Shown here in pieces: positions 15,401 to 29,270 of a DNA stretch of 64,000 nucleotides; position 1 is the stretch's first letter; each line of letters begins with the position of its first letter. The stretch is from Tubulanus polymorphus. Taxonomy: Eukaryota > Animalia > Nemertea. Under the pieces are notes generated by a model, which saw only the letters and a program-made list of their open reading frames with translations, made no database searches and was not told the DNA's origin. The translations under genes were made by a program, and so were the position numbers. Where the stretch lies: positions 27,810,150 through 27,874,149 of the forward strand of contig NC_134026.1 of NCBI RefSeq assembly GCF_964204645.1, written 5' to 3'.

Positions 15401-18400
15401 GAAGAGATTATACTCATCCTGGAGTGAAACAAATGGAAATGGAAAAGTTGGGTTAAAATCTGGAATTATTGCGGGTAAAAAAGCTTTAAATAGACTTCAT
15501 TACGAGATGGGCATGGCTGGATTTTCGCAGGTGAGATTTCATTAAACTGCTTTTTTGTATCTTCAATAATTTACCTGCTACAGCAAAAGCTTCATATCGT
15601 ACTATCATTTTGTAGGTGTATGTTGATCAAGTTGATCCAAATATAGTCGCTGTCACAAGACATAATCCTCTTAATCATCAAACTGTTATATGTGTAGCTA
15701 GGACTGCATTTTCTCATCCAAATAACTTAGATACAGGTTTCGTTCCTCCTCTCTGTGTACCAGGTCAGTCAAACATGTATATTGCAGTAACTACACTCCT
15801 GTTGGAGATCAGGCTCTAACTCACACCATTCATTGAACTGTTATTTGTTGTTTTAGGACAAGTTCATGAAATAATCTTAGAAGCTTATCTAAAACCAAAG
15901 AATAATTCGCATCAAAGTCATGAGAAAGATCCAAACTATATCAACGGGCTGAATAATTATGTTATTCAAGTGCGAGAAAATGTGAAACTTTATGAAAGCG
16001 AGATGATCGAATTAAACAACAGTAAAGATGATGACATTGAAGAATACGAGTTTGTCAATTTCCCACCTGGTAGCGTTCTAGTTATAAGGTTCGTTTAAAG
16101 TCCTAATTGATACCAACCTGAAATGGTCTGATCAATTCTTAAATGGATATTTTTTTTTCAATTTAAGGGTTTCGTTGAATCAAGGTTGTAAGAATGCTAT
16201 TCTATCAGTGAGAAAGTGTCTGTCTCAATTTGGTTATCGTATGAGATCGTACAGCGGTCATCGCATTGAACGTTCAAACAGCACAACGGATTTCAGGTCA
16301 ATTGTCTCCAGTTTAAGTTTGGCTGATTTGAACCGTGTATTGTTCCGATGTGAAGCTGAAGAGCATGATGACATCAAAGGGGGAACTTATCACATACCGA
16401 ACTGTGGAAATCTCCCTTATTGTGGTCTACAGGGTAAGTCAACTGTTCATTGTATTTTTGATGTTGTACATGTTATGTCTCATCTAATATTTCTTAATCA
16501 TCTTTTTTCGTAGGGTTCGTATCTGTTTTGACCAAAGTTCATAGCACTAATGATCTAGGTCATCCGCTGTGTGAAAATCTGCGAAATGGTAATTGGATGC
16601 CAAACTACATATCGAATAGACTGAAAAAGTATCCCGGAACTAAAGAGCTCGGACACTGGTTTGAAGCTGTATTCGAACAACTAAGCAACGTACCTCGTTA
16701 TTTGATTCCCTGTTATTTCGATGCCATTGTCTGTGGTTCGTATGCCATCTGTCGCGAAATTGTTTGGATGAAAATGTCTAAGTACGTTTAGAAAAACTAT
16801 TATTACCAGTATTTGTGAAAACTGGTTGGCTATTATTATGATATTCTAATTATTGTCAATATTCTATCTTTAATCAAGGTTTGTACAAGAAAGTTCTTCA
16901 TTTGTGCAATCTTTGTCATTAGCAACGCTGCAGTTTTGTGGCACCGTTAAGACTGCTCCTCTGCCAAAACTCTCACCCAATCTAGCTACCCCTTTACCAC
17001 CCACTACTGTTCACGAAGAAACGGGAAAAAGGGAACAGTCGTGTATAACAATCAGTGCAGGTAAATAGTGCCACAATCAACTGGTAGTTTCAATGTTGTA
17101 ACATTTTCATGTAGCCGTATGGATTTCTTTTAGGTCTTCCTCATTTTGCTGAAGGGGTCATGAGAAACTGGGGACGTGATACTTTCATCGCATTAAGAGG
17201 TCTTCTCTTACTTACCGGACGTTACCAAGAAGCAAGGTAGATTAATGAAGATGATCAGAGTTCTTCATCTTTATTATTATGCAACTGGTTATATTTTTGT
17301 GTATGATTTCAGGTATATAATTCTTGCTTATGCGGCTACATTACGTCATGGCCTGATCCCTAATCTACTCGGAGCTGGATCCTGTGCGAGGTATAACTGT
17401 CGTGATGCTGTGTGGTGGTGGTTGTACTGTATACAAATATACTGTGAAATGGTACCTGATGGTTTCAATATTCTCGAGGATAAAGTTTCCAGACTTTACC
17501 CTAAAGATGATTCACTTCCAGAACCACCTGGATTCTGTGTAAGTTCTTTCACGTTTTCATAGAAAAATGAATAACTTTTGAATGAGGTAGTATAGTTAAT
17601 AATGATTTGTGCATATTCATCCCTTCTACATCAGGATCAGTTATTGAAGGACGTTATCCAAGAGGCCATGGTTAAACACTTCCAGGGGACTAAATATCGA
17701 GAGAGACATGCTGGTCAGAATATTGATAGAGAGATGACTTCAGAAGGTAAAAACCAATGGTTTGATTTCTTCGTTCTCTTTTTGATTCCCTGTTAATCAT
17801 TGTTTGCTTTTTGAAGGGTTTAACGTTGAGTTTGGTGTGAATTTGGAAACTGGATTTGTTTGCGGTGGTAGTGTTCAAAATTGTGGTACATGGATGGATA
17901 AGATGGGTAGTTCCCATTGTTCGAACAACAAGGGAAAACCTGCTACACCTAGGTATTATAATGACATTCATCCATCAAATAAGTCAGTTGAGCTGAACTG
18001 ATATATAAATGTGAATTGTTTGTAGGGATGGTTCAGCGGTTGAACTTGTTGGTCTCAGTAAGTCTACTGTGCGTTGGTTGTCAGAGATTCATGATAAAGG
18101 ATTATATCCGTATGAAGGAGTTTCTCGTATATCTGCAGGTAAATCTTTATCAGGATCAAAAGGTGTATCATTTACCTTTTTCTCATATTTCCTTGCACTT
18201 TTTGTATCTTAACTTATTTTGTAGATGGTCAAACTATCAAATGGACCTACAAGGAATGGAATGACAAAATCCAGCAGAATTTTGAGAAGTACTTTTTCAC
18301 AGCTGTTGAACCGTACAACAGTGAAGAAAATCCTGATTTGATTAACCGTAGAGGTATCTACAAAGACTCGTACAAAGCTACTCAGTTTTGGTCTGATTAT

Positions 18401-19227
18401 CAATTGCGACCAAACTTTCATGTTGCAATGGTTACGGTAAGTTGTTTTTGACATATTTTCAACGGCTATGAATCATTAATCAAGATTTTTATGTGATGTA
18501 TGTGGAATCTTGCCTTTTACAGGCACCCGAAATGTTTACACCCAAGAATGCTTGGACCGCTCTTGCAATGTCAGAGAAATACCTGTTAGGACCACTCGGC
18601 ATGAAAACCCTTGATCCAGGGTAGGTCTATTTCATTGTGTTTACATCCCCAGTAATTTTGAAGGTTATATATCAAGTTGTGTTTTAGGGATTGGGCATAC
18701 AATGGAGACTATATCAACTCTGTGGACTGTCCTGATTATCACACTGCGAAAGGCTTTAACTATCATCAAGGACCAGTGAGTTGAATAAAACTCGATATTT
18801 CAAGTGATATTTCTGGATATATACTTTTACTTTATTGATCTGTGTTTTAAGGAATGGTTGTGGCCAGTTGGATATTTCCTCCGAGCAAAGCTGCGTTTTG
18901 CAAAAGAGATGGAGTCAATTGAGCCTGGAATTTTGCAGAAAACCATTCGATTCACCCAAGGATATCTGGCCCATCACCACGAATATATACAAACTAGTGA
19001 CTGGAGATCATTACCAGAACTTACTAACAGTAATGGAAAGGTAAATACTCTAACTTGACAATTCTATCCAAAAGCATTAAAAATACAGGTAGATACAGCA
19101 TGTCAGAATGTTTAATCATTTATACCAAATTTTTGTTCATTTGTAGATTTGCCACGACAGCTGTCCAGCTCAAGCATGGTCAATAGGCAGTATGTTAGAA
19201 GTCATGTATGATATACAGAAGTACTAG
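12432..19227 (+). CDS. AGL: Glycogen debranching enzyme (4-alpha-glucanotransferase / amylo-1,6-glucosidase), multi-exon
   Basis: Start [33 protein letters not shown]. Motifs [108 protein letters not shown]. Stop TAG at 19225-19227. Confidence 0.97.
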
Positions 19228-20956
19228 ACAAATTCAGCTTTTTAGAAATATTATATGCAGCCTCGATAGCTTTGTGATAATTGTATATAGTATACTGGTA
19301 GGCGATTCATTTTGATTTTCAAAATTCAGCTGTTGTACTGGTAATGACCTAGAGGAATTTTTCTGTGATTAGTCGGTGCAAGAGATTGTACATTGAATCG
19401 TTTCTATCTCATGCAAACAATACACTAATACACTAGATGGAAATAACGCATATCGGAATACGAATAAACCAATCAGCATATGATAAATGAAAGATTTTAC
19501 TCACATTTAAACAAGATCGATAATTTTAAGATTTTACATGCATATTCAATTTGATGTATAAACAATAGGGCTTAATGTTGATGCTTTGGATTTTAAAATT
19601 GCTAATAGTTTTGAAGTGCTGTCTCCATGACCAAGTTAAGAACTTATTGTAGAATTGCTCACTATTGGCAATCATGTTAGTACCGGGTATGTAAGCTGTC
19701 AATGTAGAGTTGCATAAAACTTGGTAATTAGGTTATTAATCTTAGGGATAGTGATCAGTATTATCTGAATTATTCATCTATGTATATATTTATTCGAGTT
19801 ACGTTGTACAAGTTTGATCAAAATTAAGAACATAATAAGAATGTGGTTATGTTTGTGTTTCTGTATTGCTATTAGAGCCTACTTACAAAAATTGTTATTT
19901 GAATAGTAACACATGTACATATGAATATTAGTGCCATAGAATTTTGTTAAGTATATATCTATATATTACTTGCTTACTTGTATTTTGTATATACTGTATT
20001 TTTGGCCAGTAACTTAATCTGCTTCAACACTTGGACTGTCAACACTTAGATCTTGAATGAGTAAAGTAATATTAACTTATAAATTGTGAATGATTTAATT
20101 TTCTATAACTGCATTTATGTACCTTGCTATAGATCTGGATTTTAACATATCTAGAAGTAGCCCTTAAATGAATGTTTGAAAAATTAATCCTGGGGTACAT
20201 TCTCCATTTTACAACATGCAGGAAAAATGTTTATAACTCTGTGCCAAAAATAATGCGTTCTTCAGCTCTTTCAATTACAGAATAGTAGAAAATTTTGTTA
20301 TCCTAAAAATCTGTTAAGGTTTGTTATTTTGTATTTCCACTTATTTCACATATATTAACACTTATATAGGTATTTATGTAACTGAAGTAAATGTATGTTA
20401 ATTTATTTCTGTATGGAATTATTATAGATCAAACCTAGGACTGTTAATGCTTCTAACCTAAGCAATTCCATGTAAGCTTATACTGTGCGGATACAGGTTC
20501 CACAAATCAAATCAGGATTAATTTTGATGGGACAGGCAATTAGCAACAAGTCTCAATGTTTGACTAGTGAAACTGGTCCCTGTTCCTGTTAGTACGTTTT
20601 ACTAGTCGTTGGCTGCCACTCGTTCAGTTTTTTGATTCTCTGAAATAAATTTGTTGAGATAAATTATGCAGTCTTAATTTGAATGATTCTGCTGGAAGAT
20701 GTTATGGATCGCAATGAGGAATGTGGAGTCTCTGAACGCAACTTCTGAGCCAAGGAGCCCTTATACTATAGCAATGAATAGGAGATCGTAAAAATTTACA
20801 TCATACACATGTATTACCGGGAGTTTCGTATTTGACTGCTCAAATTCCATTTTGCTCGAAGCACACAACTACTAGACAAATAACATTCCAAGTTTCAATA
20901 CGTTTTGATAAATTCATCACTCACGAATAAATTTGTCTCCAGGCTAAATTGATATA

Positions 20957-21122
20957 CAGTCGACCCCCGATATACTGCCCTCCCATTTACCGCCACCGCC
21001 AGGTTTTCACAATGTACATCTCTATACAAATACATAGTAAACCACCCTCGATATACCGCCATATCCTCTATATCGCCAAAATCGTTCTGCACCGATGTGG
21101 GCGGTATATTGGGGGTTGACTG
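20957..21122. mobile_element. Tc1/mariner-superfamily (pogo/Tigger-like) MITE
   Basis: TIRs CAGTCGACCCCCGATATAC ... GTATATTGGGGGTTGACTG, flanked by TA on both sides (20955-20956, 21123-21124). Internal repeated ATACCGCC motifs. Confidence 0.85.
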
Positions 21123-21238
21123 TACATGTATTATGTATTATACAGTAAATAGATTTTCAATTTTCCTGATTTTCATCTTGGCACTGGCCAATTCAGTTAA
21201 ATGTTTAAGGCCCCAATGCTATTGAAAAAGAGTAGATT

Positions 21239-24200
21239 TTATTCATCTTCTTCATTGTTCCTGACTTCATCGCCATAAAAGTCAATAATGCTCAATGAGC
21301 CTCCACAGCAATATGCTATTTCATTTAACTGTATCTCATCTTTTAACATTTTGTTGCAAAAAGTTAAGTTGATGCATCGAAGGTTAATTGCGTAACTGGT
21401 AGATCGATATGCTCTGGGAAAATCTTTGAATTCCTGGAAAGAAATAAATTCATCATTTCGGATAATGAAATCATAACAATAGAACCAGGTATACCTCATT
21501 TCTTTTTAATTAAATTTCTGTATTTTGAAGTGGAATTCCTTACATCATCGCTGAAGCTATCCTCTTCATCCGGTCCTAGAGCCTCTGTAATGGGAATTCT
21601 CTGTTCGAGATATGCTTGGGATTTTTTCCAAGCATCAACATCTAATTTACAGTAATTGAAAAATGGATATTATATTGCAGACAAAACACATGGCGACAAG
21701 AAATAGGTAAAGGCTCCTACCTCCGATAATCGGCATGAGTGGATTTGAAGTAATCAGTTTTAGTCCTGCGACATAGAGCTTTTCCAAGTAAATGCAATTC
21801 ACCAGAATGGCTTCAAGGCTAACATCCGTTAAATCTTAAAAGATTAAGGGCAGGGACAAAAGTTCCCGTAAATTCAAAAGCAATTTAAGGTGTGGTATTA
21901 TTTGATTAAATTCTACTTACTTGCATTCCAGCTGAGGTCGAGATCGCGCAAACAGTTTAATCGCTCTACGAGGGTTACCACTGCATTGTCATCTATCTCA
22001 CGTGCCATATTCAGACTCAATTTTGTCAGTGCCAGACAATTCAGAGATATGGAGTCTATAACCTGAATGGTTACATTAGTGGTATCCAAGAATAGCTCAC
22101 GTAAGTTATGGCAGCTTCCAGTCACCTCCAATAAGCCTTGTTCAGTTATATTTTTACACTCTGATAAATTCAAGTGAACTAACTGGAAAAAGTTTGATTT
22201 TGATGTAGATAGTGATTATTTCACCAGTAAAATACATTCTTAGACATGTAGAATATTGCATGTGTAGAAATGCACAAACTTACTCTGTGTTTACAGTTAT
22301 TAGCAATAGCCGTCAGGACAGGATCAGTGATGTCACAACTTGTCAGGTCAAGGTATTCGTTTTTTGACGTTATCAATGGAATTACTGCTTTTTGATTATC
22401 AGCATGAAAAACGCCTGAAATTAATGCACATATTTCATTCTAGCATGGCACAGAACAGGAATTTATTCATATTCAAAGACACTGTAAACTATTACTAACA
22501 TTCTACCTACCTGGGAGAGTTAAGTTTTGAATGTCTTTACATAGATTACCAAGAGATGAAAACCCTGTAGTAGTTACACGCTTACATTCAATCTGAAAAT
22601 ATATTTTTGAAAAAAAAAAATATGCACATGTATATATGTATAACTTTTAAGCACTTTGAAATTTTCTGAACCTAGTGATGCTTAAGATTTTCAAAATATC
22701 TTTGTTGTTCCAGTTCCAACCTACCGGTAACAAAACACGTGTACAAACAATAATAACAAAACTTACTAATGAAATATCCATTAATTTACTGCAACAGTTT
22801 GCAATGTATTCAAGCATTTCGTCAGACAAATTGCGCCAGGACAGTCTTATACATTCCAGCGCTGGATTTGAAAGGAAGAACGCTTTACAACATATAGCAT
22901 TCAAATTTTCATTACTATAGTCGATATCTATTGCATGTAAACTTATCAAAGCCGGTTCAAACCATTTCAGCCTGGATTGCGTAATAGATTGAGTGTTTTC
23001 TTGACATTGTTTCATAGATTTAGCTGATGAAGCATCACCATGCACATCACATTTCAGACTAGTGTCAGTCACATTTTGTGCAGGAAGATTTGAAGCTGTG
23101 AGTTTGACATCTTGAATTAGCGGCAGTGTTCCTTGAGCATTAGATCCTGCCCACTGAGGTAGGAATGACGATACATGTTGGTGTACATCTGCCGTGTTAG
23201 AAGTACTTTCCACAGAGACACTATTTGTTTCCAATAGTCCCCCATCTACTGTTGAATTCTCATTACCAGTACTGCATTTATCAAGATTTTCCTTATTTGA
23301 ATTCACTGCTTCAGATTCATTGCTACACTTATAAAGTATATTTTCAAATGACTGATCTTTGAGTTTTGCAATATTTGTAGCCAGAAATACTGCACTGTTA
23401 AAATTGAAACCTGCCAAGTACCAAAATGACATACAATCAACCTGAAAATATATGAATTTTGAATGTTTACCAAGCATTTTATCTCCCTGAAGATGACTAC
23501 CATATACCGTACATGTATTAGGATATAGTTGAAACATCAAATAAACTATTAACTCGAGGAAACTTTTCAGACTTTATATTTTCGTTATTAGTGTGGATCT
23601 TATATAGGCTATATATAGAATCTTATCTTGATATAGTCAATATAGAACTACAAAATGATATAAAATTTGTTTTTAAATATTATTTACCTCAGTCAGCGAA
23701 AAATCAAGGTGTTTTAGAGTGCGACCACAAAGTGTTACAAGATTTCTTATTCCCATATTGCTGATCATTTGACAGCCAGATATATCAACACTGGTTAAGG
23801 ATGATAACATGTCTAACTGGAAGGATATGAATATTCAGGATATTTCATTACAATTACAAACCGTTCATCACGATTTATGGCCTGAAAACGATATGAAACG
23901 TCAACTTACACTGTCACTTCGACGTCTTTCAAGAAGTAGCTGGTCTTCGCGGATGAGAAATACTTTATCTGTCAGTTCATGGCACATAGACAAACCGAGA
24001 TGTTTTACACATGGAAGATTAATGAGAATACTCTACAAAAAAATTAAGCTATAAATATTTCATAGTGCCTAGAATTTGTAAAATAGATGAATGCATCTTA
24101 CATGTACAGCTTCATTTGATATATCAGTATTGTCAGCTGTAAATGAAGTTAGATTCTGTAAGTTACCGGAACAAAGCGATATCAATTCTGGTCGAAGCAA

Positions 24201-25214
24201 TCCGTTATAGCATTGCGATAGATTCAAATCATTTGGTTTGCACCTTTTAACAAAAATTGAGAAAAAAATTATCATTAAATACAATAAATAAAGAGAAAAA
24301 ATAGAGTAGAAAATCATTAACTTCCTAGCTAGGGTAACCCTTAATTGTTGGTACAATCACTGACACCTAATTTTCTCATTTTAACCCCTTTTATTGAAGA
24401 CTTTTTGGATATCCTTCAATAATGTGAAGAATGGATTAAAAATCTATGTTTTAGGTCCACTGCCAGTGCTTTCTGGTCCTAATAAGACTTCTACGTATCA
24501 GGTAGGCCTATGTTCATCAAAACTGACTGAGCTAGGCCACCTGATGTGCTCTCAAGTCAGGTTGAAATAGACATTAGTCACACAAGTCAATAGTAATACA
24601 GCAAATCAGCATTAATCCAGTGTCTGATTCAGTTCGTTCCTTTAATTTTCTTCAACCTCAGTTCAAGTTCAATAACTTGGAACAGGGACTTCGACTTGTC
24701 ACAATTGATAGTGAATGAATAAAAACAGTATCCCTGTTTTTTTAATTATACAGGGATACTGGGATTGGTAATTGATACTGGTTTTATTCGACAAGTCCCT
24801 GTGATACTTGGCAGGCCAGGGGTGTTGTCTACTGACGGGTTTCAATGGTTAACTGGTTAATGAGTGCACCTACTTTTTGGTGATATCTTGTATCCCGTAA
24901 TCACGCAGCTTGATACATTTCTTCAAACACAACTTTTTCATGTGAGATGGTGCACATCTCCACAACAGTACATTTGTCAATCTCTTCGGATACATGTCAA
25001 CGAGGCGATTCAGAATCGATTCCGATACAGCAGTGAAAAGATTCATAGCAAGAAGTTCGCCCATATCGTTATTGTCCGAAAGCATCTCCATCGCCTCATC
25101 TTCATCCTCATTGTCTTCGTTATCCGATGAATAATACTCTCTTTCGCCGATGAGAAATTGAACGCATGTGTCCCGCGCCATGTTAGCAAGACTTTGAACA
25201 GAGGAAGACATCAT
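21239..25214 (-). CDS. Leucine-rich repeat protein (cysteine-containing LRR, FBXL/AMN1-like repeats), multi-exon
   Basis: Repeats such as LCLKKCIKLRDYGI, LNLSECKNITEQGLLEVTGSCHNLRELFLDTTNVT, LTKLSLNMAREIDDNAV, LRDLDLSWN and LRCINLTFCN lie in exons with GT-AG borders. Acidic patch near the N-terminus. Exact 3' end is uncertain. Confidence 0.8.
24683..24801. mobile_element. Short MITE-like element in intron 1 of the LRR gene
   Basis: Terminal CAGGGACTT...AAGTCCCTG, with an internal inverted pair CAGTATCCCTGT / ACAGGGATACTG. Confidence 0.55.
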
Positions 25215-25807
25215 GATGCAGTCCGCAGCCAGTGCCAGTGCCAGTGGCAGTAGAGCGAGAGTGGGCGTACCTGCACACTACGGAGAACAATATTCGAAAT
25301 TCGGTACGCGAGATGTCCAGTGATTATCAATCACCACTACCAGGGTAAAACGTATCAACTGCAGTGTTAAGTACGCTCACCACGCCGATCATGCCGTATT
25401 AAAATGATACGGGATGTAATTTAGGCCGCGCCTGTGTGTAGGTCGACACGACAGAGACTAGAGAGCGGTACAAAATTACCGCCGCGTGGTGCCTTCCCGC
25501 CTTACACTCAGCGCCACCAGAGCGCAAAGCGCGATGAGAGGGTGGCCCCTTCCCCCAGTCAGACACAACTCTCACAGGTCTGTGCGTTTTGTTTACAAAT
25601 ACTTAACGCATTGGATGGTGATGATAAAATACTTTGATGAATCTCGTCCTACTCGACTGACTCGAGACGAGAGTGCGACTGTTTCCAGTGGCCATTTCCA
25701 CTGTGAAAGTGGACTTGCAGTTTTGAGAAAATGGGTGGCCATAGGAATTTTAAATGTTTATTGATTTATTTATTAAAACTTTTTACAAACAGAGTTCTCT
25801 CGTGAAT

Positions 25808-28800
25808 ATGGCGTCAGAATCCGATTGGCTTGTGTCAGAATCCGAAGTGGATGAATCTGTAATCGGCTCTCCACTCATTGGTTTAGTCAGGTAGGTAAGG
25901 CTTATCTAAAAAATAGACTGTGAATCTGAACGAACAAAAAAAGAACGAAATGTCGACACAGTTAGCCAATGGACTCTGTTTTAGAGTCCATGTTAGTCTC
26001 GCCACTGGAGCTCGATCTTGATGGCTTGCCTTGTTACAGATTATTAGAAACTAATGAAAAACAACTTGAAGTCCAGTCACCGGTCAGCGATGAAAATTCG
26101 CAAGAAATACCAATTATCGATGAAGAGTTCTTCGCCCAGACTTCAAAAACACCGATTCTACGGGTAAATAAACTTTGATTTTAAATACTCAATCAATGAG
26201 TGAAGAATGAGTGACGAGGATTAATTGATTGGTCGAAAAATGGGTGCAGGTCAACTGCGATGCAATCAAAAACTGCTGGCGAAAGAGACGATCGCAGATG
26301 ACCTGGTATCAGATCTTATTACCATAGAACTCAAATCAAATTGATTTGAGTTCTATGTTATTACTAAATAGATTTTTTAGTATCACTGGCCATGGCGTTG
26401 CCTTACACCATGAGGTGCTGCCGCTTTGCTGATCGTAAGCGGATTTTTCATACACTAATATGAACCAACTCTGGCAAGCAAAGGATTACCAGGGCACAGT
26501 GACTGCCAGAGCTAGCTCGTATTATGGCATATCGTATAGTGTATGAAAAACCCGCCAACGACGGGCATAGCGGCAGCACCTCACGCTGCGGTGAGCGGCA
26601 CCCGGGGCCTTTGTCATTTTTCGCGACGACGCGTTACGACTGTTCTTGTGAGACGCAAGAAAGTGGAATGAACTGAACTGGTTGTGGGATTGGGAGAGAC
26701 GATAGCATCGAATCGTAGAAAGTAGAAAATGTGCGACTAATTGTTGCAACTGGCGTCGCTGGCCGACGGGACTGTTTGGGTCGTCGCTGGCGGTCGCAAG
26801 TCACAAGCAATCGCTCCGTGTTGCAGGGCCTACCTAGCGCCCCACCTAATGACTCGCGTTTTAATTAATTTCAGAATTATAACACAGATGAAGATGATAG
26901 CGATGCCACACAATTGAGTTGTGAACTTTCAGCACCAGCTGTATACACCAACCGGGTGATCGAATCTGCATCGTGTCTTCAGTCGGATGAAAATCAGGAA
27001 ATTGAAGCGGATTATATCAGTAGATCTAATAGCGACTCGCAGTGTTCGGTTTCAATCTTAGTCGCTAACAAAAATAAGCCAACAAAAATGAAAGACCCCG
27101 CAGCGTCAACGGCAAATATAACGTGCAACGAATCCGCTGATAGATTACAAAATATTAGCTCCTTCTTAAATGAGGTTTTTGAGAATTCTGCTCGTCCAAG
27201 CGATTTCAGCAAAACAGAAATACATCACGATACGTGTAACAGAAAGAACGAAGATGTAGATGACGATTGTGTCATAGTAGATGATCGTATTACTGAGACG
27301 ATCTCTTCTCGTGTACTCTCTGATGGTAATAATAACCATACTCCTGCCTCGCACGAATCCGCCATCTCGACTGGTAAAGCTGACTCAAATCGTCAAATGT
27401 CGAATACTGTTTCCGATCGTTCACCTATTAGCTGCAAAATGATATCACCGAATACTATCCATAAAAAGCAAAACATTGTTACACAGAAAACAACCTGTGA
27501 TCAAAAGAGAAAACGTAAATGTCAGAAACCCGTCGCCAACAAGACTCCTAGAAATCAACAAATATCAAATACAGACACGGACGAATCCTCGTCAAGTGGA
27601 AGAAGTTCTGGTAGCAGTACTAGACAAGTTAAGCCGAACTCAAAGGTTAATAGAATTGAAATTATGAAATATTTTTCGATTGACGTTCTCTGTATTCAAA
27701 TACTTCATATTTAAGCTATACTCCGGCGGCAAACCATGGACTATGCAGAACTAAGAGTTTTACATGTCTTAATACATAAATTCCTATTTCTCACTTATTG
27801 TCAGAAAACGAACCCAAACGATATTATTGACGTGCCAGACGATACAAGTGACGAAGAAGAATTACACAAAATTAATCAGGTCAATAAAAATCAAATTAGA
27901 ATTCGATAAAGTTCAGACTAATCCAATGAATCCAGTAGGATGCGCATTCCCCTATCTCAAAGTAAAGAATCTGTGTCCCGATAGTAGCCTATAATAATTT
28001 TATGTTTTAGCGACATCAAAGCGAAATAAGTTGGATCAATAAGATCGAGAAGAAACAGATAGTGATCCTTGATCAATGCTCGTCTTCCACGCTGAATATT
28101 TTGGATCTCGGTAAAAAAATTCTTATTTGAATGTTTATTGAAATTCATGCAGATTGAGACGGCTTTGAGTTTGATATCATCTTCAAACCGAAAAATCTTA
28201 TGATCTACATCTTTAAAAGTTAGATAGAAAATCGCCTTCAAAAAAAAGTTTCTTGTGGATAACGGCGAACTTCGGTTGTTGTTATATAATTACCGTATAG
28301 ATATACGTATATATTCCAGACTCGATAGAAAAGGATATCAAAGAAATTCAACCGCTTTTGACTACTCTTCATCAAACGCATAAGAGAGAACAGACGATTC
28401 TGTCAAAAATGGCCAGTAGTCAAATAAACTTCAATAAATCTAAATCGAACAAAGAACAGTTTGATCTTTTGGCAAGTCGACATAAGAGATTAACAGAGAT
28501 CGTTACGAAACAGAAAGAATTGGTGGCAAAATATAAAGAAGCTTATGGTAATCGTGAAACGAAGAGTAACACCTAACCAATCTAAAATGCCTTCTCTTTA
28601 TTATTTTCCAATTATTTTTGCTAGCCTCGATCGCAAAGCAGGACACAGAAATTAAACGTGTCGAAGAGGCGCGACCAGATAAACCTCGGACACACGTTGA
28701 TCGTCGTGTTGACAAACCAGATGAAGTTGTGATTTTTAGTGAACGTGAACATCTTGTCCCAAGACCAAAGCAGATGAATCTGACAACTTCAAATCAATCA

Positions 28801-29270
28801 GAAAATAAGTATCTTGTTATCAAACCCGTTTCGAATGTTAACAGACCTATAGTACGCATAGTACAAGCACCTCAACAAATGTTTCTGCGGAATGCGCCAG
28901 CTACGGGTTTTCGCGCACCTAGAATTATTTCCAACCCAATGAACCCAGTTCAAATGATTCGTTATGAATACCCACCTTCAACAGCATCAACTGAATCTCT
29001 GCTCAGACAAGTTACACCTCGTGTGAACGAACAATTACAACACCTACGGAGCTTCGGGCAATACACATCTTCCAACATACGAACCCATCTCAATCTATCT
29101 ATTCCAATAAAGGTAGCGTGGCATTTGATATTTTCTCTTGGTAAAGTTTATAAACTAAGAATCTCGGATAATCATATGAAGACGTTGGTTTTTACTTTTC
29201 AGCAGACAATAAACAAGTCAAGTGAAGTCGGGATTGAAGACTCGTTCCAGTTAGTACAATATCGCTTTTA
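25808..29270 (+). CDS. Uncharacterised protein: acidic/Ser-rich disordered N-terminal half, possible coiled coil, Pro-rich C-terminal part
   Basis: ATG at 25808 (MASESDWLVSESEVDES). Exon-like open segments at ~25808-25890, 25962-26163, 26875-27644, 27805-27879, 28320-28547, 28625-29112 and 29203 onward, with GT-AG borders. No recognisable domain. The 3' end is uncertain. Confidence 0.65.
26388..26605. repeat. Long imperfect inverted repeat (MITE-like foldback) in an intron
   Basis: TGAGGTGCTGCCGCT...GCGGATTTTTCATACACTA (~26411-26458) pairs with TAGTGTATGAAAAACCCGC...AGCGGCAGCACCTCA (~26537-26583). Confidence 0.75.
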
